Source: Syntrophales bacterium
GTDB taxonomy: Bacteria > Desulfobacterota > Syntrophia > Syntrophales > UBA2210
Length of the DNA stretch: 64,000 bases
Direction of reading: 5' to 3'
Assembly (NCBI GenBank): GCA_963666365.2
Contig: CAXXNF010000002.1
Span: forward strand, 1,376,001-1,440,000
Notes under the pieces: model-generated
The model's input: the letters and a program-made list of their open reading frames with translations, nothing else
What the model was told of the DNA's origin: nothing
Database searches by the model: none
Shown here: one piece after another, positions 9,593 through 19,586 of the stretch
Numbering within the stretch: the stretch's first letter is position 1
Layout of the letters: every line of letters starts with the position of its first letter
Made by a program: the position numbers and the translations under genes

Positions 9593-9630
9593 GGACGGAG
9601 ACAGTCACATTAAGGAGACTGTCTCCGTCC
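9593..9630. terminator. Stem-loop between convergent genes (probable bidirectional terminator)
   Basis: GGACGGAGACAGTC (9593-9606), 10-nt loop, GACTGTCTCCGTCC (9617-9630): perfect 14-bp stem. Confidence 0.7.
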
Positions 9631-9663
9631 AACTACGCACAATTCGATAAAAAAGATGAAGTA

Positions 9664-10428
9664 TCAGCCGGCAATCCAGGAGGGATCCCGTTTTTCCAGA
9701 AATGCCACGGCACCCTCAAATGCCTCGGCACTCTGCACGATTTCTTCGAAAATCCCTGCGCTTATATCGTAGCCGTCCAGTTTCCGGTTTATTACTTCCT
9801 TGGTATACCGGCTGGCAAGAGGTCCCGCTCGCCTCAATTTGCCGATCAGTTCAAAAACCGCATCCATGAGCCGCTCGTGCGGCGCCACATGGTTGACAAG
9901 CCCGATTTTCAGGGCGTCCTGTGCGGATATCCGCTCACAGGTAAGGATGAGTTCTTTCGCCTTTGCCCGGCCCACCTCATCGGCAAGCCTGATCATCGCG
10001 TAGGGACAGGTCACCCCCCTGATGGGTCCGATAAACCCGAACTCCGCCTGATCGGAGGCCACAATCATGTCGCACATGATCGCGTATTCCGCGCCATGGC
10101 CGAGGGCATACCCGTTCACGGCCGCAATCGTCGGTTTCGGACTATGAATCAGTTTCGCGATGGGCGACTCTCCCGAATCAATGTCCAGCTCACGACGAAT
10201 CATGGCGACCGCCTTTTCGGGATTGCTGAAATCGGCGCCCGATGAAAACACCGCCTCTGTCCCTGTAAGGACAATGAATCGAATGTCATCACTCCCTACC
10301 GCGAGATCCACCGCCTGCCCCATTTCTTCAGACAGTTCAAGCGATATGGCGTGTTTATACCGCGGTCGGTTGAATGTGATGACCGCGGTATCGCCGCGCG
10401 TCTCATAGAGCAATGTTTCGAAGTCCAT
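9664..10428 (-). CDS. Crotonase (enoyl-CoA hydratase/isomerase) superfamily protein
   Basis: Start re-assigned to MDFETLLYE (RBS AAGGAGG); ITFNRP, FSSGAD, PKPTIAAVNGYALGHG, AFLEKRDP. Confidence 0.9.
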   Translation of the reverse strand: MDFETLLYETRGDTAVITFNRPRYKHAISLELSEEMGQAVDLAVGSDDIRFIVLTGTEAVFSSGADFSNPEKAVAMIRRELDIDSGESPIAKLIHSPKPTIAAVNGYALGHGAEYAIMCDMIVASDQAEFGFIGPIRGVTCPYAMIRLADEVGRAKAKELILTCERISAQDALKIGLVNHVAPHERLMDAVFELIGKLRRAGPLASRYTKEVINRKLDGYDISAGIFEEIVQSAEAFEGAVAFLEKRDPSWIAG

Positions 10429-10486
10429 TTTTCCCTCCTTTGCAGCAGTTCCTTTACAATGCCGACTTTTCGGCATAGCGGAGCTT

Positions 10487-13126
10487 CTAACCGCGCACCA
10501 GTTCTTCAAACCTGCGCAAGGCGTCATCCAGCCCCTCGGGGTTCGGTCCCCCGGCCTGTGCCATATCGGGACGACCTCCACCTTTTCCTCCAACCAGGGG
10601 GGCCAGTTCCTTGACCATGTTGCCGGCATGGAAACGCTCCGTCAGGTCTTTGGTCACCATGCACAGGAGCATCGCCTTTCCTTCGGATTTACTTCCCAGA
10701 AGGAGCAGACCCGACCTCAAACGGTCGCGCACCTTGTCGCCGAAGTCCCTCAGCGCTTTCACATCGGGTGCATCCACCACGGTGGCAAGCACCGATACGC
10801 CGGCGATTTCCTTTGTCTTCCCCATCAAATCGGACGAATCACGGGAGGCGAGCTTACCGTTAAGGGCCTCTATCTCCCGCTCCAGTTCCTTCTGGTGCGC
10901 GATTATTTTCTCCAATCTTTCAGACAGCTCGAGCGGCGCCGTTCTGAACATCCCCGCACAATGCTTCAGTTCCTTTTCGACGGCGCCGGCGTAGCGCACC
11001 GCCTCTCCACCGGTCACTGCTTCTATTCTTCTCACACCCGCCGCTACCGACGTCTCTGAAACAACCTTGAGAAATCCGATGTCGCCTGTTCTGCGCACGT
11101 GAGTGCCGCCGCAGAGCTCCATGCTGAAGTCGCCCATTTTCACGAGCCGTACCGTTTCCCCGTACTTTTCGTCAAACACGGCCGTGGCGCCTGTCTTCAT
11201 TGCCTCTTCCCTGGGCAGCACATCGGTCGTGACCGGTTGATTCGCCCTGATGAACTGGTTGGCAATATGTTCCACACGCTCCATTTCGTTGTCCTCTATT
11301 TTCGCGAAGTGAGTAAAGTCGAATCGGAGCCGCTCAGCGTTCACGAGTGATCCAGACTGTTTGATGTGATCGCCCAGCACCTGCTTGAGGGCCGCCTGAA
11401 GGACATGGGTCCCCGAGTGGTTTGCTTCTATCGCTCTCCTGGTACCCTCTTCGGTTCTCAGGTCAACATTCTCCCCCACACGGATCTCACCTTTTTTGAC
11501 CTTGCCGATATGGGAAAAGAGATCGTCCAAAGGTTTCTGCGTGTCCCAGACTTCGAAAAGAACCGCGTCCCTTTCGATCACCCCCACATCACCCACCTGG
11601 CCGCCGACCTCTCCATAGAAAGGCGTCTGTGCGACAAATATCTCTCCTTTTTCACCTTCTCTGAGGACATCGACGGGCTGATCGTTCTTTAAAATGGCCG
11701 CGACCCTTGAGGTAGTCTCGGTGTTTCCCTCGTAGCCGACAAATTCGGTCTTCACGCCGGCATTGGAAAGACGCCTGTAACTGTCGGCAACCTCTTCCTC
11801 CCCGCTCCCTTTCCAGGATTGGCGCGCCTTTTCGCGCTGCTCTTCCATGGCCTTGTCGAATCCCGCCATATCGAGCGCCAACCCCTTCGACCGCGCCGCC
11901 TCCTCGGTAAGATCCACGGGAAATCCGAAGGTGTCGTACAGGCGAAAGACAACGCTCCCGGGAATTGCCTTTTCTCCCTTCCCGGCAAGCAATGCCATCT
12001 GCTCGTTCAGGATCTTCAATCCCCCATCGAGGGTTTCCATAAAACGCTGTTCCTCGTTGACGACCACCTTCCGCAGGTAGGATTCCTTGTCGGCAAGCTC
12101 GGGATAGGCCCCCCGCATCTTTGCGATCACCACGGGAACCATGTCATGCAGGAAGGGCTTGCCCAGGCCGAGAAGCTTTCCGTGCCGGGCGGCCCTTCTT
12201 AGAATTCTGCGCAGGACGTAGCCGCGGCCCTCGTTGCTGGGAAGCACGCCGTCGGCAATCAGAAAGGTGACCGCCCGTGCGTGATCGGCAATAACCCGGA
12301 TAGACGTATCGTCTTCACTTCGCGCCTTGTAGCGTTTTCCCGACACCTCTTCCAGGTGGGCGATGATCTCGCTGAAGAGATCGCAGTCATAATTGCTGGT
12401 CACTCCCTGCATCACCGCAGTGAGCCGCTCCAGCCCCATGCCCGTATCGATGTTCGGTTTCGGCAGGGGGGTCAGCGTTCCTGCGGCATCACGGTCGAAC
12501 TGTGTAAACACAAGGTTCCACAGTTCCACATAGCGACCGCATTCACACTCCACGTTGCACTCGGGACGGCCGCAGCCGACCGCCTCCCCCTGGTCGAGGA
12601 GAATCTCCGAACAGGGACCGCAGGGGCCGGTATCGCCCATCATCCAGAAATTGTCTTTTTCGCCGAGGCGCACGATGCGATCCGCCGGAATGCCCATGGT
12701 TTCGTGCCATATTTCAAAGGCTTCATCATCGTCCTTATAAATGGTAATCCACAGTTTTTCTTTCGGCAGCCCCATAACCCCGGTTAAAAATTCCCATCCC
12801 CAGGCGATCGCCTCTTTCTTGAAATAATCGCCGAAGGAAAAGTTGCCCAGCATTTCAAAAAAGGTGTGATGCCGTGCCGTGTAGCCCACGGTTTCAAGAT
12901 CATTATGCTTTCCACCCGCCCTGACGCATTTCTGGGAGGTGGCGGCCCTCGTATATGCCCTCTTCTCCTGTCCCAAAAAAAGGTTTTTGAACTGGACCAT
13001 CCCCGCATTGGTAAAAAGCAGTGTGGGATCTTCTTTCGGAATAAGCCCGGAACTTTCAACTATCGCATGCCCGTGCCCTTTAAAATAGGTGAGAAATTTT
13101 TCCCTGATTTCGTTACCCGTGATCAA
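10487..13126 (-). CDS. alaS: Alanine--tRNA ligase
   Basis: DPTLLFTNAGMVQFK, RHHTFFEMLGNFSFGDYFK, IDTGMGLERL, HSGTH/ELCGGTH editing domain, GGGRPDMAQAGG; TTG start at 13126 behind AAGGAGG. Confidence 0.98.
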   Translation of the reverse strand: MITGNEIREKFLTYFKGHGHAIVESSGLIPKEDPTLLFTNAGMVQFKNLFLGQEKRAYTRAATSQKCVRAGGKHNDLETVGYTARHHTFFEMLGNFSFGDYFKKEAIAWGWEFLTGVMGLPKEKLWITIYKDDDEAFEIWHETMGIPADRIVRLGEKDNFWMMGDTGPCGPCSEILLDQGEAVGCGRPECNVECECGRYVELWNLVFTQFDRDAAGTLTPLPKPNIDTGMGLERLTAVMQGVTSNYDCDLFSEIIAHLEEVSGKRYKARSEDDTSIRVIADHARAVTFLIADGVLPSNEGRGYVLRRILRRAARHGKLLGLGKPFLHDMVPVVIAKMRGAYPELADKESYLRKVVVNEEQRFMETLDGGLKILNEQMALLAGKGEKAIPGSVVFRLYDTFGFPVDLTEEAARSKGLALDMAGFDKAMEEQREKARQSWKGSGEEEVADSYRRLSNAGVKTEFVGYEGNTETTSRVAAILKNDQPVDVLREGEKGEIFVAQTPFYGEVGGQVGDVGVIERDAVLFEVWDTQKPLDDLFSHIGKVKKGEIRVGENVDLRTEEGTRRAIEANHSGTHVLQAALKQVLGDHIKQSGSLVNAERLRFDFTHFAKIEDNEMERVEHIANQFIRANQPVTTDVLPREEAMKTGATAVFDEKYGETVRLVKMGDFSMELCGGTHVRRTGDIGFLKVVSETSVAAGVRRIEAVTGGEAVRYAGAVEKELKHCAGMFRTAPLELSERLEKIIAHQKELEREIEALNGKLASRDSSDLMGKTKEIAGVSVLATVVDAPDVKALRDFGDKVRDRLRSGLLLLGSKSEGKAMLLCMVTKDLTERFHAGNMVKELAPLVGGKGGGRPDMAQAGGPNPEGLDDALRRFEELVRG

Positions 13127-13613
13127 TGTATTCCTCCTTGCCTGAACCGGCCAGTATTTCAAAAATAACACCCGCGGCAAACCCCTTTCCCATGAGGTGC
13201 CTGATCAGGCGCTGCTTTTCTTTAGCGGATATTTCGTGCGATGTCAACCGATCGGGAAATCGCTTTTCCATAATCTTTTCGATTGCTTCTTTCTCAGCAA
13301 TCTCCCGGCGTGCCTCTTCGAGGGCCCGGCTGATGGTCTCCTTCGCAATACCCCGCTCTTTGAGCTTGACTGCAATTTTTCTGTCTCCCCACAGAAGATT
13401 CAGGGCATAACTCAGGGCCCACTGCCGGGCAGCGCTCTCATCATCGAGGTATCGAAGCTCGCCGAACCGTTCAATGACCTTCGATACGGTCGCTGCCCCA
13501 AAACCCAGGGTTTCAAGCTTCGATCTTACCTCAAAGACGCTCCTCGGACGAGAGGCAAGAAAACGCAGAGCCCGCCTTTTTGCCTCCTCGTAGGAGGGAT
13601 CTTCTTCCTTCAT
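13113..13613 (-). CDS. recX: Regulatory protein RecX
   Basis: [38 protein letters not shown]; directly downstream of recA. Confidence 0.92.
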   Translation of the reverse strand: MKEEDPSYEEAKRRALRFLASRPRSVFEVRSKLETLGFGAATVSKVIERFGELRYLDDESAARQWALSYALNLLWGDRKIAVKLKERGIAKETISRALEEARREIAEKEAIEKIMEKRFPDRLTSHEISAKEKQRLIRHLMGKGFAAGVIFEILAGSGKEEYIDHG

Positions 13614-14632
13614 TCTTCGGCCTTGTCAGTGGTGGGAAAATTGAATTTTTGCCTCACTTCGATCTCAATGGCCTTTCTGATGTCGGGATTTTCCTTGAGA
13701 TAAGTCTTTGCGTTTTCCCTGCCCTGGCCGATACGCTCCCCCTTATAGGAGTACCAGGCGCCCGTTTTTTCGACGATGTCGTTGTCGCTCGCCAGATCGA
13801 TAATATCACCTTCCCTCGACAGACCTTCGCCGAAAATGATATCGAATTCGGCTTCACGGAAGGGGGGCGCCACCTTGTTTTTGACGACCTTGACCCGGGT
13901 CCGGTTTCCGATCACGTCCTGTCCCTGCTTGATAGCCGCGGTTTTTCGTATGTCCAGTCGCATGGTTGCATAAAATTTCAGGGCGTTTCCTCCGGTCGTC
14001 GTCTCCGGATTCCCGAAGAAAGTGCCGATTTTCATCCGCAGCTGATTGATAAAAATCACCGTCGTTTTGGATCTGTTGATGCTTCCCGTCAGCTTTCTCA
14101 GGGCCTGGGACATGAGTCGCGCCTGGAGTCCCATCTGCGCATCGCCCATATCCCCCTCCAGTTCGGAACGGGGAACCAAGGCAGCCACCGAGTCGACGAC
14201 CAGTACGTCGAGGGCGCCGCTTCGCACAAGCACCTCGGCAATTTCCAGGGCCTGTTCCCCTGAATCGGGCTGAGATATGAGCAGATCATCCGTATTGACC
14301 CCTATTTTTCTCGCATAGGTCACATCAAGGGCGTGCTCAGCGTCGATGAAGGCCGCCAGCCCCCCCTCTTTTTGCGCTTCCGCCACCACATGCAGGGCAA
14401 GGGTTGTTTTTCCTCCCGACTCGGGGCCGTAGATTTCGACAATCCGTCCCCTTGGTATCCCCCCGACACCGAGGGCAATGTCGAGGCTCAGGGCTCCCGT
14501 CGAAATAGCCGGAATATTGGAGACGACTTCGTCGCCCCCCAGTCTCATGATCGATCCCTTCCCGAATTGCTTTTCGATCTGGGCAATGGCCAGATCCACG
14601 GCTCGTTCCCGTTCCGATTCAGATGAAATCAT
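13610..14632 (-). CDS. recA: Recombinase RecA
   Basis: [49 protein letters not shown]. Confidence 0.99.
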   Translation of the reverse strand: MISSESERERAVDLAIAQIEKQFGKGSIMRLGGDEVVSNIPAISTGALSLDIALGVGGIPRGRIVEIYGPESGGKTTLALHVVAEAQKEGGLAAFIDAEHALDVTYARKIGVNTDDLLISQPDSGEQALEIAEVLVRSGALDVLVVDSVAALVPRSELEGDMGDAQMGLQARLMSQALRKLTGSINRSKTTVIFINQLRMKIGTFFGNPETTTGGNALKFYATMRLDIRKTAAIKQGQDVIGNRTRVKVVKNKVAPPFREAEFDIIFGEGLSREGDIIDLASDNDIVEKTGAWYSYKGERIGQGRENAKTYLKENPDIRKAIEIEVRQKFNFPTTDKAEE

Positions 14633-14652
14633 TGTTTTCCCCTTCCTTTATT

Positions 14653-14725
14653 GGGACACTTCCCTTTTTTTATATTTTTCATGCCTTTGATGTCACGTGC
14701 CTCGTCAAACAGGAGAAATGTCTCT
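14653..14725. repeat. REPIN-like doublet, copy 4 (one degenerate arm)
   Basis: GGGACACTTCCCTTTTT (14653-14669) with degenerate inverted partner AAACAGGAGAAATGTCTCT (14707-14725) in the thpR-recA spacer. Confidence 0.6.
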
Positions 14726-14734
14726 CTATCCCCT

Positions 14735-15313
14735 TTATCCCCCGAAGGGGAAACGGGCAAGCTTCGTATACAGGGCCCCGGTCGGTTTCAGGTCGCTTTT
14801 GAAGAGTATCAGTTCACCCACATGAAAAGAGTGGATTCCAGGGCCGCCCATGCCCTTCATTATCGTATCGATTCCGAATATTTTTTCTCCCGGCGACTTT
14901 ACTCTTCCAAGGGTCAGATGAGGGGTAAAGGGCCTTTTTTCCTTAGGAAATCCGGCTGCATCCAGGTCCGCTTCGATGCACTGCTGAAGTTCCGCCAGAC
15001 GATCCGTATCGCCCTCGATGCCAAGCCAGAGTACACGGGGCCGCAGGGCGCTCGGAAATGCCCCCGGCGCACCCAGCGAAAACGTCATGGATGCCGCCCT
15101 GTCGGTACGGATTCTGACGGTGTTCTCTATTGTGGTAATGTCCGCGACGCTCACATCGCCGAAAAATTTCAGCGTCAGATGCATGCCTTCGGGTCTTACC
15201 CATCTGATCCCCCCAAGCGCCTTCTTCAGACGGTCCTGTATTCGACCAATCTGAAGGCGAATGTTCTCGGGAATTTCCAGCGCAAGAAATGTACGCACCA
15301 CTGGTTCGTTCAT
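14735..15313 (-). CDS. thpR: RNA 2',3'-cyclic phosphodiesterase (2H family)
   Basis: RTFLAL, two HxT motifs (HLTLKF, PHLTLGR), PRVLW. Confidence 0.94.
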   Translation of the reverse strand: MNEPVVRTFLALEIPENIRLQIGRIQDRLKKALGGIRWVRPEGMHLTLKFFGDVSVADITTIENTVRIRTDRAASMTFSLGAPGAFPSALRPRVLWLGIEGDTDRLAELQQCIEADLDAAGFPKEKRPFTPHLTLGRVKSPGEKIFGIDTIMKGMGGPGIHSFHVGELILFKSDLKPTGALYTKLARFPFGG

Positions 15314-16563
15314 TTTTCCACATCACTCCCCGTCAGGTACCGCCGTAACATTTCCAGGGCGAGTTCGGAAGAAATTTCCTTTATGCGCCGCCGTCCCCAT
15401 GGGAAACTGGATTTTCGACAATAGGTAGCCTCTCCGTCGGATAGCGCCACATAGACCGTTCCCACAGGCTTTTCCAGAGTTCCCCCGGAGGGACCAGCGA
15501 TACCGGTAGTCGCCAGTCCAAGATCGGTCTTCGCCATGGCCCGCATCCCCCGGGCCATCAGTTCGGCTGTTTCCCTGCTCACGGCGCCGTAGCGCTCGAT
15601 AATCTCCGCCGGTACCCCCAAAAGCTCCACTTTCGCGAGATTGCTGTAAACGACGGCTCCTCTTTCCAGAAATGCCGAACTGCCCGGAATATCGGTAAGA
15701 CGATCGGCAATTAATCCTCCCGTACAGGATTCCGCGACGGAAAGTGTGAAACCGCCTTTCGTCAGGAGGGCTGCCACAATCCCTTCGAGGGTCTCGTCAT
15801 CATACCCGATGATATGCCGGTGAAGCACTCCGTCAATTTTTGCTTCCGCCTCTTCAAGATGCATGGTCGCTTCTCTACCTTCCCGTCCTCTCGCGGTGAG
15901 CACCAGATGTACCTCGGGAAAGCGGGGATAAAATCCTATTGTCACCCCCGGCAGGGCCCCCAGGCGCCCGATCGCTTCATCAATTTTCGATTCGGAAAGG
16001 CCGAAAAGCCGCAACTGTTTTCTTGCTTTCTTTTCACTCGCGGCGCCGCAGACCTTCTCGAAATGGGGCAGCACTCCTTCAGTCACCATCTTTTTCGCTT
16101 CTCCGGGCACACCGGGGACGACGGCCACCCATTTCCCATCCCGTTCCAGACAAAATCCCGCCGCCGTACCGACGCGGTTTTCGATGACCAGGGCGCCCTC
16201 CGGGAAAAGGGCCTGCTTGGCGTTGTTTTCGGTCCAGGAAATATGAAAGGCTGCAAAACGATCTTTCAGCGTTTGAAGCACCCTCTCGTCGGACACAAGA
16301 GGCAACCCGAAGGCGGCCGCAACGGCTGCGGTGGTGATGTCATCGGCCGTCGGACCGAGACCTCCCGCCACGATGACGGCATCCGACAGGGCACACAGGT
16401 ATTCAAGGCCGCTTTTCACGGCCTCATTGTCGTCGCCCACCGTAAGAACCGCCGATACGCCCCAGCCCGCAAGATCGAGCTGAGCGGCAATATAGGAGGA
16501 ATTAATGTCCTGTACCATGCCTCCGATCAATTCGTCGCCGACCAGCAATATTCCCGCAATCAT
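15310..16563 (-). CDS. cinA: CinA family protein (MocF-like domain + NMN deamidase PncC)
   Basis: VGDEL, GGLGPTADDIT, GTAAG, PGVP, AESCTGG, GAVS, TGIAGPSGG. Confidence 0.95.
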   Translation of the reverse strand: MIAGILLVGDELIGGMVQDINSSYIAAQLDLAGWGVSAVLTVGDDNEAVKSGLEYLCALSDAVIVAGGLGPTADDITTAAVAAAFGLPLVSDERVLQTLKDRFAAFHISWTENNAKQALFPEGALVIENRVGTAAGFCLERDGKWVAVVPGVPGEAKKMVTEGVLPHFEKVCGAASEKKARKQLRLFGLSESKIDEAIGRLGALPGVTIGFYPRFPEVHLVLTARGREGREATMHLEEAEAKIDGVLHRHIIGYDDETLEGIVAALLTKGGFTLSVAESCTGGLIADRLTDIPGSSAFLERGAVVYSNLAKVELLGVPAEIIERYGAVSRETAELMARGMRAMAKTDLGLATTGIAGPSGGTLEKPVGTVYVALSDGEATYCRKSSFPWGRRRIKEISSELALEMLRRYLTGSDVEK

Positions 16564-16622
16564 CGCCTTACCATACCGGAACCATCAGATGAACCTGTAC
16601 CCATCGCACCACCAATTTCCTG

Positions 16623-17075
16623 TTATATCACTCTTGTCACTATCTGCAGGATGATATTTCCATATATCCCCGCCATAATATCGTCCCCCACTACACCGTA
16701 TCCGCCGGGAAGCCGCTGCTCCAACAAGCGGATCGGAAAGGGCTTCGCGATATCGAAGATGCGGAAGAGCGCAAAACCCGCCGCCACGGTAAAAAGCGAA
16801 GGGGAAATGCAGGCCATGACGACCAGAAACCCCGCAATTTCGTCAATGACGATGCACGAAGGGTCATGCGCGCCATAAAGTTTCTCCGCCTCCTGGGCAA
16901 CATAGACGGCAAAGAAGAAAAACGCCGCCGCCGTAAGGAGGTACAGGGGCCGGGAAAGCATGGAAAGAAGAAAATAGATCGGTATCCCTACAAGTGTTCC
17001 CGCCGTTCCCGGAGCAAAGGGTGAAAGGCCGCTTCCGAGACCGGTCGCTGCAGTTTTTATGAATCGAGCACCCAT
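16623..17075 (-). CDS. pgpA: Phosphatidylglycerophosphatase A
   Basis: APGTAGT, HDPSCIVIDE, FRIFDIAKP, GYGVVGDD. Confidence 0.95.
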   Translation of the reverse strand: MGARFIKTAATGLGSGLSPFAPGTAGTLVGIPIYFLLSMLSRPLYLLTAAAFFFFAVYVAQEAEKLYGAHDPSCIVIDEIAGFLVVMACISPSLFTVAAGFALFRIFDIAKPFPIRLLEQRLPGGYGVVGDDIMAGIYGNIILQIVTRVI

Positions 17076-17168
17076 AATGTCCTTTTTAATTGGCCTATAT
17101 ATTACAATAGATCCTCAATGTAAAGATCAGTATTGCCTGCATCCCCTTCCCCGCCCTCCATTATTTTC

Positions 17169-17197
17169 TTGACAATAGAACATATGTTCTATTAACT
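17169..17197 (+). promoter_or_regulatory. Sigma-70 promoter of dinB with a palindromic operator (GAAC-N4-GTTC, putative LexA box) in the spacer
   Basis: TTGACA (17169-74), 17 nt, TTAACT (17192-97); perfect 20-bp palindrome AATAGAACATATGTTCTATT at 17174-17193. Confidence 0.75.
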
Positions 17198-17228
17198 CAA
17201 AAGAAACGGTTTTGCAAGAAGTCTCTCT

Positions 17229-18545
17229 ATGGAACGATATGTCTTTACCCCTCATTCGTGGCCCAGGGCCATTCTTCACATCGACGGTGACGCGTTTTTT
17301 ACTTCCTGTGAAGAGGCGATTCATCCGGAGTTAAAGGGTAAACCCCTCATCACCGGCGGGGAGAGAGGCATTGTGGCCTGTGCCAACTATGTGGCCAAAG
17401 GGAAGGGAATCAGGCGAGGCGTTCCTCTTTATCAAGCCCGGGCACTCTGTCCGGATCTCATTGTGCTTCCTTCCGATTACGAAACGTACAGTCTTTTTTC
17501 CCGTCGCATGTTCTCGGTCGTCAGGCGCTTTACCCCTCAGGTCGAGGAATACTCCATCGACGAAGCCTTCGCCGACCTCACAGGAATGCGCCGGGTTCTG
17601 CGCGCCTCTTACGAAGACATTGCACGCACCATAAAAACGAGCGTAGAAAGGGAAGTAGGAATCGGGGTGACCGTAGGCCTGAGCATCACAAAGGTCCTGG
17701 CAAAGATCGCCTCCAAGCACAAAAAACCGAACGGATTCACCGTCATCAACGGCAGGAGCATCCCTTCATACCTTGCAACCCTTCCCGTGGAGGCCCTATG
17801 GGGAATCGGTTATGCGACCAGTAACTATATGTGGAAACTGGGAATCCGAAGCGCACTCGACTTTGCGCAACTTCCCGAAAACACAGTCCGGCACAGGTTC
17901 GTCAAACCGGTAAGGGAAATCTGGCGTGAATTGCGGGGGGAATCGGTGTATCCCGTAGAGGTAGAGGAAAAAAGCCGTTACGCCTCGATCAGTAAGACGA
18001 AGACATTCGCCCCGCCTACAGAGGATCGGGAATATCTCTACGCCCAGCTCTCAAGAAATCTCGAATCGGCGTGCATTAAGGCCCGGAGGCACTCGCTGGC
18101 CCCGCAAAAGATCGCCGTCTTCATTAAAACACAGGAATTCAGGGCCGCCGGAAGCGAGGCGCGGCTCAACCGTCCCTCGGCGCTGCCCCTGGAGTTTTCA
18201 CATCTTCTTAGCACACTCTTCGACAGCATCTACGAACCAGGGGTGTGGTACCGGGCCACGGGAGTAATCCTCCTGGAATTGATTTCTGACGCGGGCGTGC
18301 AGTATTGCCTTTTCGAAGATCCTCTGCGTCTGGACAAGATAGAGCGAATCTATGTGGCGGCCGATACACTCGCTCGGAAATATGGCAAGCACACCGTTCA
18401 TCTGGGAGGCTCTCACCTTGTGGATCAGTACGGTACGGGCACGCGCGGCGAACCGACGGCGCGAGATCAGGTTCGCTTTATCGGCGAAACCGGACGGAAG
18501 CACCTGGGCCTCCCCATTCTCCACCCCCCGAAGAAGCCCCCCTGA
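17229..18545 (+). CDS. dinB: Y-family DNA polymerase (Pol IV/DinB-like)
   Basis: ILHIDGDAFF, YSIDEAF, TKVLAKIAS-KKPNG, LWGIG, C-terminal QYCLF clamp-binding-like motif. Confidence 0.92.
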   Translation: MERYVFTPHSWPRAILHIDGDAFFTSCEEAIHPELKGKPLITGGERGIVACANYVAKGKGIRRGVPLYQARALCPDLIVLPSDYETYSLFSRRMFSVVRRFTPQVEEYSIDEAFADLTGMRRVLRASYEDIARTIKTSVEREVGIGVTVGLSITKVLAKIASKHKKPNGFTVINGRSIPSYLATLPVEALWGIGYATSNYMWKLGIRSALDFAQLPENTVRHRFVKPVREIWRELRGESVYPVEVEEKSRYASISKTKTFAPPTEDREYLYAQLSRNLESACIKARRHSLAPQKIAVFIKTQEFRAAGSEARLNRPSALPLEFSHLLSTLFDSIYEPGVWYRATGVILLELISDAGVQYCLFEDPLRLDKIERIYVAADTLARKYGKHTVHLGGSHLVDQYGTGTRGEPTARDQVRFIGETGRKHLGLPILHPPKKPP

Positions 18546-18679
18546 TATATGCCTCGCAAAGGCTGCGCCAGCAAAATTTTTAAAAAATGATATTACTTTC
18601 GCGTAGACTCCCCCTTTCTTATTTGGTACTCTTTGAAAGCTGCTTTTTTGATGTAAGAAACTACAATCCGGGGGCGTGT

Positions 18680-19585
18680 ATGCAGGAAAAAGAAATCACC
18701 GCCTATCTTCGGGAGCGGGGCGCCGATCTTGTCGGCTTTGCCGCCGCCGACATGTGGGATGAGGACACCCGTGTACCGGAGGCCTACCGGCCGAAAGCAT
18801 TGTGGCCAAAGGCGCGATCGGTCATTGTCATAGGCATGGCAATGCCTCTTCCCATTGTGGAAACCACTCCCTCGGTACAGCACAGGGATCTCTACAATGC
18901 CTGCAATCGTTCCCTTGACGATCTTGCCTTCGATCTGGCCCGTCGGCTTGCCCGCGGGGGTCATGGTGCGATCCATCTCAGCAGAGACGGCTACGCCAAC
19001 ATCAACATCTTACTAAAGAACCCCCGGGCGGCTTTTTCCCACACGCGTGCCGCCTATTACGCGGGCCTCGGCTACATCGGAATCAACAACACCATTCTCA
19101 CCACTGAATTTGGCCCCCGCGTCCGCTTTGTCTCCCTTTTCACCGACGCCGTTCTCTCGGGAAACCCTCCCCTGGAAAAATCTCTCTGCATCCGATGCGG
19201 CGCCTGTTCGGCCTTCTGCCCCGCCGCAGCGCTTCCTGTCACGAAAGAAGAATTGCGGGACCCTGCGGTGACGGTCGCTCATTACGATCGTCTCGCCTGT
19301 GCGCTCTGGGCGCGAGAATTGACCAGGCGAGGCTGCTATCCCTGCGGCATCTGCATCAAGGTATGCCCTGTCGGCGAGGACAGGAAACTCTATGGAAGGG
19401 AAAAAGCACTCACCCATTACCGAAAGGAATTGAAAAGTTTGATCGACCATGCCCCTGATCCCCTCCATCGCGCCTGGATGCATATTCGCCGCCACGGAAG
19501 CCTTCTCTTTGATGAAGGCGCCGGTCCGGAGGACACCTTCTACAATGCCCTGGAGCACATCAGAAAAAAGAGCCGGGAGGAATGA
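18680..19585 (+). CDS. QueG/reductive-dehalogenase-superfamily 2x[4Fe-4S] protein (short epoxyqueuosine reductase-like family)
   Basis: GADLVGFA, ARSVIVIG, SHTRAAYYAGLGYIG-N-EFGPRVR-TD, CIRCGACSAFCP and C...CGICIKVCP; start re-assigned to MQEKEI. Confidence 0.82.
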   Translation: MQEKEITAYLRERGADLVGFAAADMWDEDTRVPEAYRPKALWPKARSVIVIGMAMPLPIVETTPSVQHRDLYNACNRSLDDLAFDLARRLARGGHGAIHLSRDGYANINILLKNPRAAFSHTRAAYYAGLGYIGINNTILTTEFGPRVRFVSLFTDAVLSGNPPLEKSLCIRCGACSAFCPAAALPVTKEELRDPAVTVAHYDRLACALWARELTRRGCYPCGICIKVCPVGEDRKLYGREKALTHYRKELKSLIDHAPDPLHRAWMHIRRHGSLLFDEGAGPEDTFYNALEHIRKKSREE

Positions 19586-19586
19586 C

